From Gemmatimonadales bacterium (GTDB taxonomy: Bacteria; Gemmatimonadota; Gemmatimonadetes; Gemmatimonadales; GWC2-71-9), in the NCBI GenBank assembly GCA_044229445.1, contig JBGASX010000004.1, forward strand, positions 18,165-82,164: a stretch of 64,000 bases of DNA, in the 5' to 3' direction. A program made the translations under genes and the position numbers. Of this stretch, positions 38,404 to 46,777 are shown piece after piece; within the stretch, counting starts at the first letter, position 1; the number at the start of each line of letters is the position of its first letter. Under the pieces are notes generated by a model. That model was not told where the DNA came from. It made no database searches and saw nothing but the letters and a program-made list of their open reading frames with translations.

Positions 38404-40725
38404 ATGCCCTGGGAACCTCGCTGGCCGCGGGCCGCTGCGCTCCTGGTCTGTACTCTCGCCGCCCTCACCCTGTTGTGGCCCCTGCTGACCGGCCAGATCC
38501 TGTTCGGCGGCGGGCGCTCCGACATGTTCATCGCCGGCTACTCCTTCCGGCTGTTCGGGGCAGAGCAGTTCCGCGCGACCGGCGCGATACCGCAGTGGAA
38601 CCCTTACCTCTTCGGCGGCTTGCCATACATCGCGGCGATGCACGGGGACATCTTCTATCCCACTGCCTGGCTGCGCTGGATCATGCCTGTTGATCTCGCG
38701 ATCACCTGGGGAATGGCGCTGCACTTCGTCCTCGCGGGCTGTTTCACTTTCGGGTTTGCCCGCGCGCTCCGTCTCAGCTGGACTGCTGCGATCACCGCCG
38801 GGGTCGCCTACGAGTTGAGCGGGATTGTGGCATCGCAGATGAGCCCAGGGCACGACGGGAAGCTCTTCGTGTCCGCTCTGACGCCATTGGCCTTCTGGGT
38901 GCTCCTCATCGCCATCCGCGGGGGCCGGACCTGGGCATTTGGCGCATTCAGCCTGGTGGTTGCCCTGCTGGTCCTCGGACACTACCAGATGTGCTATTTC
39001 CTGATGCTGGCACTGGGCCTCTGGACGCTGTATCTCGCCTTCTGGGATTCGGAACGGAGACCACAGGCGAGTCCATGGCTGAGCATCGCGCTCGCCGCGG
39101 TGGCCGTGGGGATCGGCATCGGTATCGCTGGTCTGCAGGTGCTCCCTTTCCTCCAGTACATCCCGTTCTCGCCGAGAGCCGCCGGGGGGCCCAGCACCGG
39201 CTGGGAATGGGTGAACAGCTACGCCATGCCCCCCTCGGAGATATTCACGACCCTCTTGCCGCAGTTCAACGGGGTCTTGGATCACTACTGGGGAAGCAAC
39301 CCCATCAAGTTTCACACCGAGTACATCGGAGTGCTCCCGCTCGCGCTGGCGTGCTTCGCCTGGGGCGATAGCAGCCGGCGCCGCCTGGTCATCGCGCTGC
39401 TCGTGGGACTGGTTCTCTTCCAGTTCTTCGCCTTCGCCGGGCACACCCCCTTCTACCGGCCGTTCTACGAATTCCTGCCCATGCTCAAGAAGATGCGGGC
39501 AGTCGGCATGGTCTTCTTCCTGGTCGCGTTCCCGATCGCCCTGCTCGCCGGGATCGGACTCGACCGGATCCTCGGAGGCGAGGTGCCCGCCCGACGGGTG
39601 CTCTTCGTGATCGGCGGATTCGGGGTGTTCGGGCTCCTCGGGGTCGCCGGCATCCTGCAGGTCCTGGCGGAGGGGCTGGCGATTCCCGAGCGGATGGCCG
39701 CGGTGCAGGCCAACGCCCCGGAGCTTCGCGAGGGCGCCATCCGGCTGCTCCTCTTTGTCGTGTTAGGCGGAGGAGTTTTGTGGGGGACGGCGACCGGCCG
39801 GGTCCGGGGGGCGCTGGCGGCGGGACTGGTTCTCGTGGCGCTGTCGGCGGATTTGTGGAGCATCGATCGGATGTTCTACACATTTTCGCCCCGCGCGTCG
39901 GTGCTGTTTCGCGATGACGAGATCCTTGCGCGCCTCAAGGCAGAAGCTGGGCCGTTCCGCGTCCTCAACGGCCAGGGGACCTATCCGCAATCCACCCTCA
40001 TGGCATACCGGATCGCGACGCCGCTCGGCTATCACGGCAACGAACTCCAGACCTACGACGAGCTGGGGGGAAAGGACAGGGGCTGGGAGAATGTCTTCAG
40101 TCCCAATTTCATCGACCTGCTCGCCGTGCGATTCCTGGTGCTCCAGGAGGAGCATGCCATTCCGGGTTTCCACAAGCTGCTCGGCCCAATCACGTCGACG
40201 TTCGGCGACCCCGCGGTGCTGTATGAACGCGACACCATCCCGGCGTACGCGAGAGTCGTGGCCTCGGCCGCCAAGGCACCCTCAGGGCAGGTGACGGCCA
40301 CTGTGCTGGATCCCCGATTCCCGGCCGGGGCGCTTGCGCTCTACGACGACACGGCGGGCGTCGCCGTCAAGCCGCTGGTCCAGCCGTTCCCCATGTCCGG
40401 GGTCACCGCCACGATTGCCGACTACGCTCCCGGGGCCATGCGCATCGCCCTGAAGGGGGCGAATCCGGAGCCGTCATATCTCGTAGTCTCCGAGAACTGG
40501 TATCCCGACTGGAAAGCCACGGTGGACGGACAGCCGGCGGTGGTGCACCGGGCGGACCATACCTTGCTCAGCGTCGTCGTGCCCCCAGGGGCACACGAGG
40601 TGTCGCTCCGCTTCGAATCAGCCGCCTATACCCGGGGGAAGATGGTCACGCTCGTCTCACTGCTGCTCGCGCTCGCTCTGACAGCTGTACCGGTCCTCCT
40701 GGCTCGGAGGGCATCCGGTGCTTGA
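38404..40725 (+). CDS. YfhO-like large polytopic membrane protein (candidate GT-C-type glycosyltransferase)
   Basis: About 770 aa: more than 10 N-terminal TM helices, a ~300-aa extracytoplasmic domain and one terminal TM helix (VTLVSLLLALALTAVPVLLA), which is the YfhO-family architecture. A GTG at 38389 is an alternative start. Confidence 0.55.
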   Translation: MPWEPRWPRAAALLVCTLAALTLLWPLLTGQILFGGGRSDMFIAGYSFRLFGAEQFRATGAIPQWNPYLFGGLPYIAAMHGDIFYPTAWLRWIMPVDLAITWGMALHFVLAGCFTFGFARALRLSWTAAITAGVAYELSGIVASQMSPGHDGKLFVSALTPLAFWVLLIAIRGGRTWAFGAFSLVVALLVLGHYQMCYFLMLALGLWTLYLAFWDSERRPQASPWLSIALAAVAVGIGIGIAGLQVLPFLQYIPFSPRAAGGPSTGWEWVNSYAMPPSEIFTTLLPQFNGVLDHYWGSNPIKFHTEYIGVLPLALACFAWGDSSRRRLVIALLVGLVLFQFFAFAGHTPFYRPFYEFLPMLKKMRAVGMVFFLVAFPIALLAGIGLDRILGGEVPARRVLFVIGGFGVFGLLGVAGILQVLAEGLAIPERMAAVQANAPELREGAIRLLLFVVLGGGVLWGTATGRVRGALAAGLVLVALSADLWSIDRMFYTFSPRASVLFRDDEILARLKAEAGPFRVLNGQGTYPQSTLMAYRIATPLGYHGNELQTYDELGGKDRGWENVFSPNFIDLLAVRFLVLQEEHAIPGFHKLLGPITSTFGDPAVLYERDTIPAYARVVASAAKAPSGQVTATVLDPRFPAGALALYDDTAGVAVKPLVQPFPMSGVTATIADYAPGAMRIALKGANPEPSYLVVSENWYPDWKATVDGQPAVVHRADHTLLSVVVPPGAHEVSLRFESAAYTRGKMVTLVSLLLALALTAVPVLLARRASGA

Positions 40726-41437
40726 GCGGATTCTGGTGATCATCCCGACATACAACGAGGCGAAGAATCTGCCGCAAATCGTGCCGGCGGTCCTCAAGCA
40801 GGATCCCCGGCTCGAGGTGCTCGTGGTGGATGACAACTCTCCGGACGGAACGGGAGACCTCGCGGACCGGATGGCCCAGGCCAAGAGCCGGGTACACGTG
40901 CTGCACCGGCAGGCCAAGGAGGGCCTCGGTCGGGCCTACCTGGCGGGCTTCCGTTGGGGGCTGGAACAGGGATATCAGGCCATGTTTGAGATGGACGCAG
41001 ACTTCTCGCATGATCCTGCGTTCATTGGCGGATTCCTGGTCGCCATCGAGGAGGCGGACCTCGTTCTGGGCTCCCGGTATGCCACCGGCGTGAACGTGAT
41101 CAACTGGCCGATCTCGCGGCTGCTGCTGAGTCTGGGGGCGAATCTCTATGCCCGGGTGGTCACGGGCTTGCCGCTCTCCGACGCCACGGGCGGCTTCAAG
41201 TGCTTTCGCCGTGCCGTGCTGGAGTCAATCGATCTTGATCGGATCCGGTCGAACGGATACGCCTTCCAGATCGAGATGAGCTTCTGGGCGTGGAAGAAAG
41301 GATTCCGCCTCAAGGAAATCCCGATCATCTTCCATGATCGGGTGGAGGGCCAGAGCAAGATGAGCAAGCGCATCGTGCGTGAGGCCATCTGGATGGTGTG
41401 GTGGCTGCGCCTCCAGTCAATCTTCGGACGGATCTGA
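40718..41437 (+). CDS. Polyprenol-phosphate mannose/hexose synthase (Dpm1/Ppm1-like GT2, soluble)
   Basis: ILVIIPTYNEAKNL, VVDDNSPDGTGD, EMDADFSHDP and GSRY are the standard Dpm1-type motifs. Confidence 0.8.
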   Translation: MLERILVIIPTYNEAKNLPQIVPAVLKQDPRLEVLVVDDNSPDGTGDLADRMAQAKSRVHVLHRQAKEGLGRAYLAGFRWGLEQGYQAMFEMDADFSHDPAFIGGFLVAIEEADLVLGSRYATGVNVINWPISRLLLSLGANLYARVVTGLPLSDATGGFKCFRRAVLESIDLDRIRSNGYAFQIEMSFWAWKKGFRLKEIPIIFHDRVEGQSKMSKRIVREAIWMVWWLRLQSIFGRI

Positions 41438-41441
41438 GCGC

Positions 41442-42278
41442 GTGAGGGGCAGCGTCTTCTACAAGATGTCCGGGTCCGGCAACGATTTCGTGATGCTGGA
41501 TGGCCGGTGGACCGAGCCGGGGGCATGGACCGCCGACCGCGTCAGGGCGGTCTGTGACCGGCGGACCGGAATCGGTGCCGATGGCCTCGTCCTCCTCACG
41601 CCAGAAGGGGCCGGGCGGGTCAGGATGGACTTCTGGAATTGCGATGGCTCCCGGGCCGACATGTGCGGGAATGCAGCGCTCTGCAGCACGAGGCTGGCGG
41701 CCTTCCTCGAACTTGCCCCGGCTGAGGCCATGACACTGGTCACCAGGGCAGGGCTCTTCCCCTCCCGGTGTCTCCCGTCGCCGAACGAGGCGGAGATCAA
41801 CATCCCCGCCTTTCCTCTGCCAACCGCACCCCAGGGACTGCCGCTGGCACCGGGGGAGTCGGGACATGCCTTGGCGACCGTTGGGGTGCCGCACCTGGTC
41901 CTCGAGGTGGCCGATCTGGAACTCCCGGGGTTGATGGCTCGTGGGGCCGAACTTCGTCGCCACCCCTCGACAGGCCCAGCCGGCGCAAACGTCAACTTCG
42001 TGGCCGCCACGCCGGATCGCTCCCGTTGGGCGCTCCGGACGTTCGAACGGGGCGTTGAAGGCGAGACGCTCGCCTGCGGGACCGGTGCCGTCTCGGCGGC
42101 CATCACGCTGGCGTGCTCCGGACGCGGCCGCCTGCCGCTCGCCATGGTGACCAGGGGGGGCAGGGTCCTCACCATCACTGCGACACTGTCTGACACGCAT
42201 GCGAACGATGTATGGCTCCGGGGCGAAGGTCGGCTGGTGTTCACCGGAGTGCTGCAGGATCCATTCGCTGGCTCATAA
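41442..42278 (+). CDS. dapF: Diaminopimelate epimerase
   Basis: FYKMSGSGNDFVMLD at the N-terminus, catalytic Cys contexts MCGNAA and ACGTGA. The GTG at 41442 is the chosen start. Confidence 0.85.
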   Translation: MRGSVFYKMSGSGNDFVMLDGRWTEPGAWTADRVRAVCDRRTGIGADGLVLLTPEGAGRVRMDFWNCDGSRADMCGNAALCSTRLAAFLELAPAEAMTLVTRAGLFPSRCLPSPNEAEINIPAFPLPTAPQGLPLAPGESGHALATVGVPHLVLEVADLELPGLMARGAELRRHPSTGPAGANVNFVAATPDRSRWALRTFERGVEGETLACGTGAVSAAITLACSGRGRLPLAMVTRGGRVLTITATLSDTHANDVWLRGEGRLVFTGVLQDPFAGS

Positions 42279-42512
42279 ATCATTATCTGAGAATAATTTA
42301 TGTAAGCCGGGGAGAAGTTCTCCAGAGTTATCCCCAGTTGTCCACCGAGCAACTTAACATAATATATATTATACGACATTGTTGGTGGCGACGAACGGGG
42401 CCGAGCCAGCTCTGGCACCGCCCTGAAAGTGCCCGGGCCAAGCCGTGGGGGCCGGTGTCAACACCTCACCTCAGGATGTCGTCGCGGGCGGGATTCACGC
42501 TCCCCCGGTGTG

Positions 42513-42549
42513 AAAAGGCCGCCGGGATCCCGTGAAGGATTCGGCGGCC
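42513..42549 (-). terminator. Intrinsic terminator of the TPR gene (minus strand)
   Basis: A 14-bp stem (GGCCGCCGGGATCC / GGATTCGGCGGCC, one G-U) with a 6-nt loop. On the minus strand it is followed by TTTTCAC. It lies 28 nt after the stop at 42577. Confidence 0.55.
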
Positions 42550-42576
42550 CCAGGGCCCTGCAACTTCCGGCTGGTC

Positions 42577-43245
42577 CTACATGCTCCCAGCGGTCAGCTC
42601 CGAGAGCCGGACTTGGGCCTCGGTGTTGGCGACGCTCTTCGCGAACTCCTTGGTCACCCGACGGTAGGTCTCGATCGCCTTCTGCCGATCGCCCGCGTTG
42701 ACGAAGGCCCGGCCGGCATCGAGCAGCAGGTCGGCACGAAGGTAGTCGACGTCGGCCGCGCCCGAGGCGCTCAGGTAGGCCTGGGCGGCTTCTCCGGGGC
42801 GCTTCGAGTTTTCCAGCGCCCGGCCGAGCAGGCTGTACGCCGGGGCCTTGTACTGGGCGTCCGGTCCACTCTTCAGAAAGTCCTGAAGCCCGACGGCCGC
42901 CAGTTCGAACTGCCCGTTCACCAGCCGAACCTGATTCAGCGTGATGACCGCTTCCTGGGCGGCTCGCGTCCCGGAATAGGTGGTGATCACCTTCTGCAGC
43001 TCACTCGCGGCCAGTGGCAGGTTGCCCTGCTCGGCCATGTTGCGGGCGGCATCAAGGGCGCGGCCCGCAAAGACCTCCTTGCGCTTCCCGCTCAGCACCA
43101 CGAACCACGTGATGAGGGCGATTGCGGCCACAATGCCGCCCAGGGCGAGGTAGCGGTTCATCTGGCCGTCGAGCCACTTGGGCGTAGCGCTGCCTGGGCG
43201 AGCGGCGGCGGAGGGCGAGGTCGGAGCTTGCATGGTTGCTGCCAT
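42577..43245 (-). CDS. Membrane-anchored TPR-like protein (YfgM/TPR_21-like)
   Basis: An N-terminal anchor NRYLALGGIVAAIALITWFVVL is followed by Ala-rich TPR-like helices. Confidence 0.6.
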   Translation of the reverse strand: MAATMQAPTSPSAAARPGSATPKWLDGQMNRYLALGGIVAAIALITWFVVLSGKRKEVFAGRALDAARNMAEQGNLPLAASELQKVITTYSGTRAAQEAVITLNQVRLVNGQFELAAVGLQDFLKSGPDAQYKAPAYSLLGRALENSKRPGEAAQAYLSASGAADVDYLRADLLLDAGRAFVNAGDRQKAIETYRRVTKEFAKSVANTEAQVRLSELTAGSM

Positions 43246-43300
43246 CGTTATTCCGTCGCGAACGAGACGGCGGATTCGAGGTGAATCCGCAGGTATGAGG

Positions 43301-43374
43301 TGCCCCCGAGACGATTCGAACGTCCGGCCAACGGTTTAGGAAACCGCTGCTCTATCCAGCTGAGCTACGGGGGC
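43301..43374 (-). tRNA. tRNA-Arg (anticodon CCU)
   Basis: The reverse complement GCCCCCGTAGCTCAGCTGGATAGAGCAGCGGTTTCCTAAACCGTTGGCCGGACGTTCGAATCGTCTCGGGGGCA folds by hand into a cloverleaf: 7-bp acceptor, GCTC/GAGC D stem, anticodon loop TTCCTAA and a TTCGAAT T-loop. CCA is not encoded. Confidence 0.9.
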
Positions 43375-43419
43375 AAAGCCTCTCAAAATAGCCGCGCAAA
43401 CCCCAATGCGTCAACGCGT

Positions 43420-43950
43420 TCAGATGTCCAGGAGAATATGGCTGGGGGCGCCCCGCAGGCGCTCTACCCCGCCGAGACCGCCAATGCCCAACAGGAAGGA
43501 CCATCCGATCACTTCACCCCCGAGGCGCCGAACCAGCTCGCCGGCCGCCTCTGCCGTCCCCCCGGTGGCGAGTACGTCATCGACCACGAGGATCCGGGAG
43601 CCAGGCGGACACGCATCGCGATGGGCTTCCAGCGAATCGGTGCCGTACTCGAGCTTGTACTCGTGGCGAATGGTCTTCCACGGCAACTTTCCCGGTTTGC
43701 GGAGGGGGATGAACCCTGCCCCCAATGTCACGGCGACCGGCGCGGCGAGGATGAAGCCCCTGGCCTCGATCCCAACAACATGAGTGATCCCGAGACCCCG
43801 GAACGGCGCGGCGAGTTCCTCGCGGACCTGTCGGAACAGCAGCCCATCCTGCAGCACCGGCGTGATGTCCTGGAAGATGATGCCAGGCTTCGGATAGTCC
43901 GGAATTGCCCGCAAGGTCTTTCGAAGCTTCTCGATCATGTTTGCGCTCAT
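43420..43950 (-). CDS. apt: Adenine phosphoribosyltransferase
   Basis: IPDYPKPGIIFQDITP, and the PRPP motif ILVVDDVLATGGTA. Confidence 0.92.
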   Translation of the reverse strand: MSANMIEKLRKTLRAIPDYPKPGIIFQDITPVLQDGLLFRQVREELAAPFRGLGITHVVGIEARGFILAAPVAVTLGAGFIPLRKPGKLPWKTIRHEYKLEYGTDSLEAHRDACPPGSRILVVDDVLATGGTAEAAGELVRRLGGEVIGWSFLLGIGGLGGVERLRGAPSHILLDI

Positions 43951-43983
43951 GGGAGACCCAGAATTTGGTTTGTGTTGACGGTG

Positions 43984-44256
43984 TTAGTACTTGATTTCAA
44001 ACGTCTTGGGTTCGTCGCGTTCATCCAAAACCTCGGAAGCCTGCACGGAGTCGACCTGGGCGTGACGAGGCCCAGCCTTCAGGAACTCCTGGAACTCGTG
44101 CAGGGCCTCGGATGACCCGCTGGCAACCACTTCAACCCGCCCATCCGGCAGGTTGCGGACCCACCCAGAGAGTGCCAAGGACGAGGCATGTCGATAGGCG
44201 AAGTTCCGGAACCCGACCCCCTGCACCCGGCCTGAGATCAGATACCGCAGGGTCAC
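43984..44256 (-). CDS. acyP: Acylphosphatase
   Basis: The GTG at 44256 gives VTLRYLISGRVQGVGFRNFA...GWVRNLPDGRVEVVASG, the acylphosphatase signatures. GTGA overlap with the dedA stop. Confidence 0.85.
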   Translation of the reverse strand: MTLRYLISGRVQGVGFRNFAYRHASSLALSGWVRNLPDGRVEVVASGSSEALHEFQEFLKAGPRHAQVDSVQASEVLDERDEPKTFEIKY

Positions 44257-44900
44257 GCCTGGCGCCTTCCTGCCAGCCACCCCTTCCCCGCTTCGATCGC
44301 CAATGGAAGGAGGGAAACCGCGATTATGCCCATGACGACGACGCTGAAGTGGCTCCGGACGACCGGGATATTGCCGAAGAAGTACCCTGCTCCGACGAAC
44401 AGCCCCACCCATCCAACGCTGCCCAGGACGCTGAACGCGAGGAATCGGCTGTAGGGCATCTCGCCCACCCCGGCAACGAACGGAGCAAAGGTCCGGATGA
44501 TGGGAAGAAACCTGGCCAGGATCACAGTCTTCCGGCCGTGTCGATCATAGAATTCCCTGGTCTTGTCCAGGTGTTCCTTCTTGAGGAACCGGAGATTCCC
44601 GCTGAACGCCCGGATACCGATGAAGCGGCCGACCCAGTAGTTCGTGGAGTCACCCAGAACCGAGGCAGAAAAGAGCAGCAGGAAAAGGAGACCGGGATTG
44701 AGGCTTCCCATCCCTGCGAAGGTCCCCGCGGCAAACAGAAGGGAGTCGCCGGGCAGAAACGGAGTGACCACCAGGCCCGTCTCGCAGAAGACGATCAGAA
44801 ACAGAATGCCGTACGTCCACGTGCCGTAGGCGGCGATCAGTTCGCTGAGATGGACATCCAGGTGCAGGAACAGGTCGACGAAATGCTTGATGAACTCCAT
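44253..44900 (-). CDS. DedA family membrane protein
   Basis: FCETGLVVTPFLPGDSLLF and RFLPIIRTFAPFVAG motifs, with about 5 TM helices. Confidence 0.85.
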   Translation of the reverse strand: MEFIKHFVDLFLHLDVHLSELIAAYGTWTYGILFLIVFCETGLVVTPFLPGDSLLFAAGTFAGMGSLNPGLLFLLLFSASVLGDSTNYWVGRFIGIRAFSGNLRFLKKEHLDKTREFYDRHGRKTVILARFLPIIRTFAPFVAGVGEMPYSRFLAFSVLGSVGWVGLFVGAGYFFGNIPVVRSHFSVVVMGIIAVSLLPLAIEAGKGWLAGRRQA

Positions 44901-44912
44901 GCAGGCTCCAGC

Positions 44913-45593
44913 TCAGAGGGAGGCGTCGCCGGCGAATCCGAACTGGCCGATCAACGGGACAAATCGGACGTCGCTGACGGTCTGGGACGAGGTCTCGCCT
45001 GACTCGCTCTTCGTGATCAGGCGGAGGGTCTGAGTGTCCCGGTCACCCACCGGCACGATCAGCCGCCCGCCCGGCGCCAGCTGTTCGAGCAGCGGCCCGG
45101 GCACTTCGGGCGACGCGGCCGAGACGATGATCACGTCGTAGGGGGCGTACGGCCGCCAGCCAAGTGTGCCATCGCCGACCATGATGGACACGGCGGAGAT
45201 CCCGGCTTGCGTGAGTGCCGCGCGCGCAGCCTGGGCGAGCGTCGGGATGCGCTCGACGCTGAAGACCTGGTCGGCACACAGGGAAAGCAGTGCGGTCTGG
45301 TATCCTGAACCGGTGCCGACCTCGAGGACACGCTCGCGCCCGGTCAGTTTCGCAAGCTCCAGTGAGCGCGCCTGGACCCAGGGTTGCGAGATGGTCTGAC
45401 CGGCGGCGATGGGCAGCGCGCTGTCTTCGTACGCGCGATGGCGGACACTCTCAGGCACGAAGAGATGCCTGGGCACCTGTGAGATCGCCCGCAGTACGGC
45501 GAGGTCCCGGATGCCCTTGGCCTGAAGCTCGGCGACGAGTTGGGAGCGGTACCCGCCGTAGCTGTCTCCTTCGCCTACCCCTCGAGCGACCAT
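44913..45593 (-). CDS. pcm: Protein-L-isoaspartate O-methyltransferase
   Basis: VPRHLFVPE, GQTISQPW and SAM motif VLEVGTGSGYQTA. The start is the ATG at 45593; the long track ORF upstream is in a different frame over surE. Confidence 0.9.
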   Translation of the reverse strand: MVARGVGEGDSYGGYRSQLVAELQAKGIRDLAVLRAISQVPRHLFVPESVRHRAYEDSALPIAAGQTISQPWVQARSLELAKLTGRERVLEVGTGSGYQTALLSLCADQVFSVERIPTLAQAARAALTQAGISAVSIMVGDGTLGWRPYAPYDVIIVSAASPEVPGPLLEQLAPGGRLIVPVGDRDTQTLRLITKSESGETSSQTVSDVRFVPLIGQFGFAGDASL

Positions 45594-46330
45594 TCCCGTA
45601 CCGTTTCGAGGAGCTTGTAATTCGTCAGGTCCATGTGGAGCGGTGTGACGGAGATGTAGCCCTCGGCCACGGCGTAGTGATCGGTCTCTGCGCCACCCGT
45701 CCAGTGGATCGAGCCGCCGCCGATCCAGAACATCTCCCGGCCCCAGGGATCTCGCATCCGTGTCAGTGACTCCTTGAAATACCGGCTGCCAAGGGAAGTC
45801 ACTTTCACGCCCCGCACCCCCGCCGCGCCGCAAGGTGGCAGATTGATGTTGAGCAGAGTTTCCGGGGGGAATTGATCGACCCTGACGATCCGCTGGACCA
45901 ATCGCGTCAGGATGCTCCGATAGCTGAGCAGCGCTTCGAGATCGCTTGCCGGACCGGCGAAGGAAATGGCGACGCTGGGGACCCCGAGCGTGACACCCTC
46001 CATCGCGGCGGCCACCGTCCCGGAGTAGAGAACGTCCTCCCCCATGTTGGGGCCATGGTTGATGCCGGAGAAGACGAAGTCGGGGCGCTCCGCGAGCAGC
46101 GTCCCGAGCGCCAGCAGGACGCAGTCCGTGGGGGTCCCGTCCACCTGGAAGCTGCCGTCGGGCCGCCGATTGGGACGGAGGGGCCGGTGCATCGTCAGGC
46201 TGTGGGACGTGCCGCTCTGTTCGCGATCGGGGGCGACCACCGTCACCTGGCCGACGGTTTGGCACACTTCGGCCAGCAGGGCCAGGCCGGGTGCCAGGAT
46301 CCCGTCATCATTGGAGACAAGGATGTTCAT
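45575..46330 (-). CDS. surE: 5'/3'-nucleotidase SurE
   Basis: MNILVSNDDGILAPG, SGTSHSLT and SGINHGPN motifs, in classical surE-pcm order. Confidence 0.92.
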   Translation of the reverse strand: MNILVSNDDGILAPGLALLAEVCQTVGQVTVVAPDREQSGTSHSLTMHRPLRPNRRPDGSFQVDGTPTDCVLLALGTLLAERPDFVFSGINHGPNMGEDVLYSGTVAAAMEGVTLGVPSVAISFAGPASDLEALLSYRSILTRLVQRIVRVDQFPPETLLNINLPPCGAAGVRGVKVTSLGSRYFKESLTRMRDPWGREMFWIGGGSIHWTGGAETDHYAVAEGYISVTPLHMDLTNYKLLETVREWSLEG

Positions 46331-46384
46331 GGGGTCCGAAAGGTAACAGGAGAGATCGCAAACCGGTGAGCATCCGGCGGGCGA

Positions 46385-46777
46385 CTACTCCACCGGCGGC
46401 TCCGGTTTCGGCGGGGGAATCTTGCCGTCAAGGATCCCGACGATCTCTTCGACCGCCTCACGGAGTTCACGGAGCGTCTCACGCTCCATGGCGGCTCGGG
46501 CGGATCCCCGGAGTTCGCCAGTTCGCCGATAGTGCTCGATCCGCTGCCGGGCTCCCTCGATCGTGTACTTCTCGGTGTAGAGCAGATGCTTGACGAGCAT
46601 GATGAGCTCGACTTCCCGGCTCTTGTACACCCGGTTGCCGGAGCGATTCTTCGCGGGGTTGAGGAACCTGAACTGGCTCTCCCAGTACCTGAGCACGTGC
46701 GGCTTCAGATCGGTGAGGGCGCAAACCTCACCGATGCTGAAGAACTCCTGGACCGGCCGTGCCATGGTCACCGCCAC
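46385..46777 (-). CDS. MerR-family transcriptional regulator
   Basis: The HTH FSIGEVCALTDLKPHVLRYWESQF...GNRVYKSREVELIMLVKHLL is a MerR-type N-terminal domain. Confidence 0.8.
   Translation of the reverse strand: MAVTMARPVQEFFSIGEVCALTDLKPHVLRYWESQFRFLNPAKNRSGNRVYKSREVELIMLVKHLLYTEKYTIEGARQRIEHYRRTGELRGSARAAMERETLRELREAVEEIVGILDGKIPPPKPEPPVE

Noticed and set aside
42413-42427. TGGCAC hexamer in the dapF/TPR spacer as a second sigma-54 promoter.
   Set aside because: Ten nucleotides after the GG the sequence reads AA rather than the obligatory GC of the -12 element (TGGCACCGCCCTGAAA), and no gene lies downstream on that strand.
42424-42439. TGAAAGTGCCCGGGCC resembles the RNase P RNA CR-I motif GAGGAAAGUCCGGGC.
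   Set aside because: The match is imperfect (extra G, missing GAGG). The spacer, under 300 nt including a terminator, is too short for a bacterial RNase P RNA, and no other conserved RNase P regions are visible.
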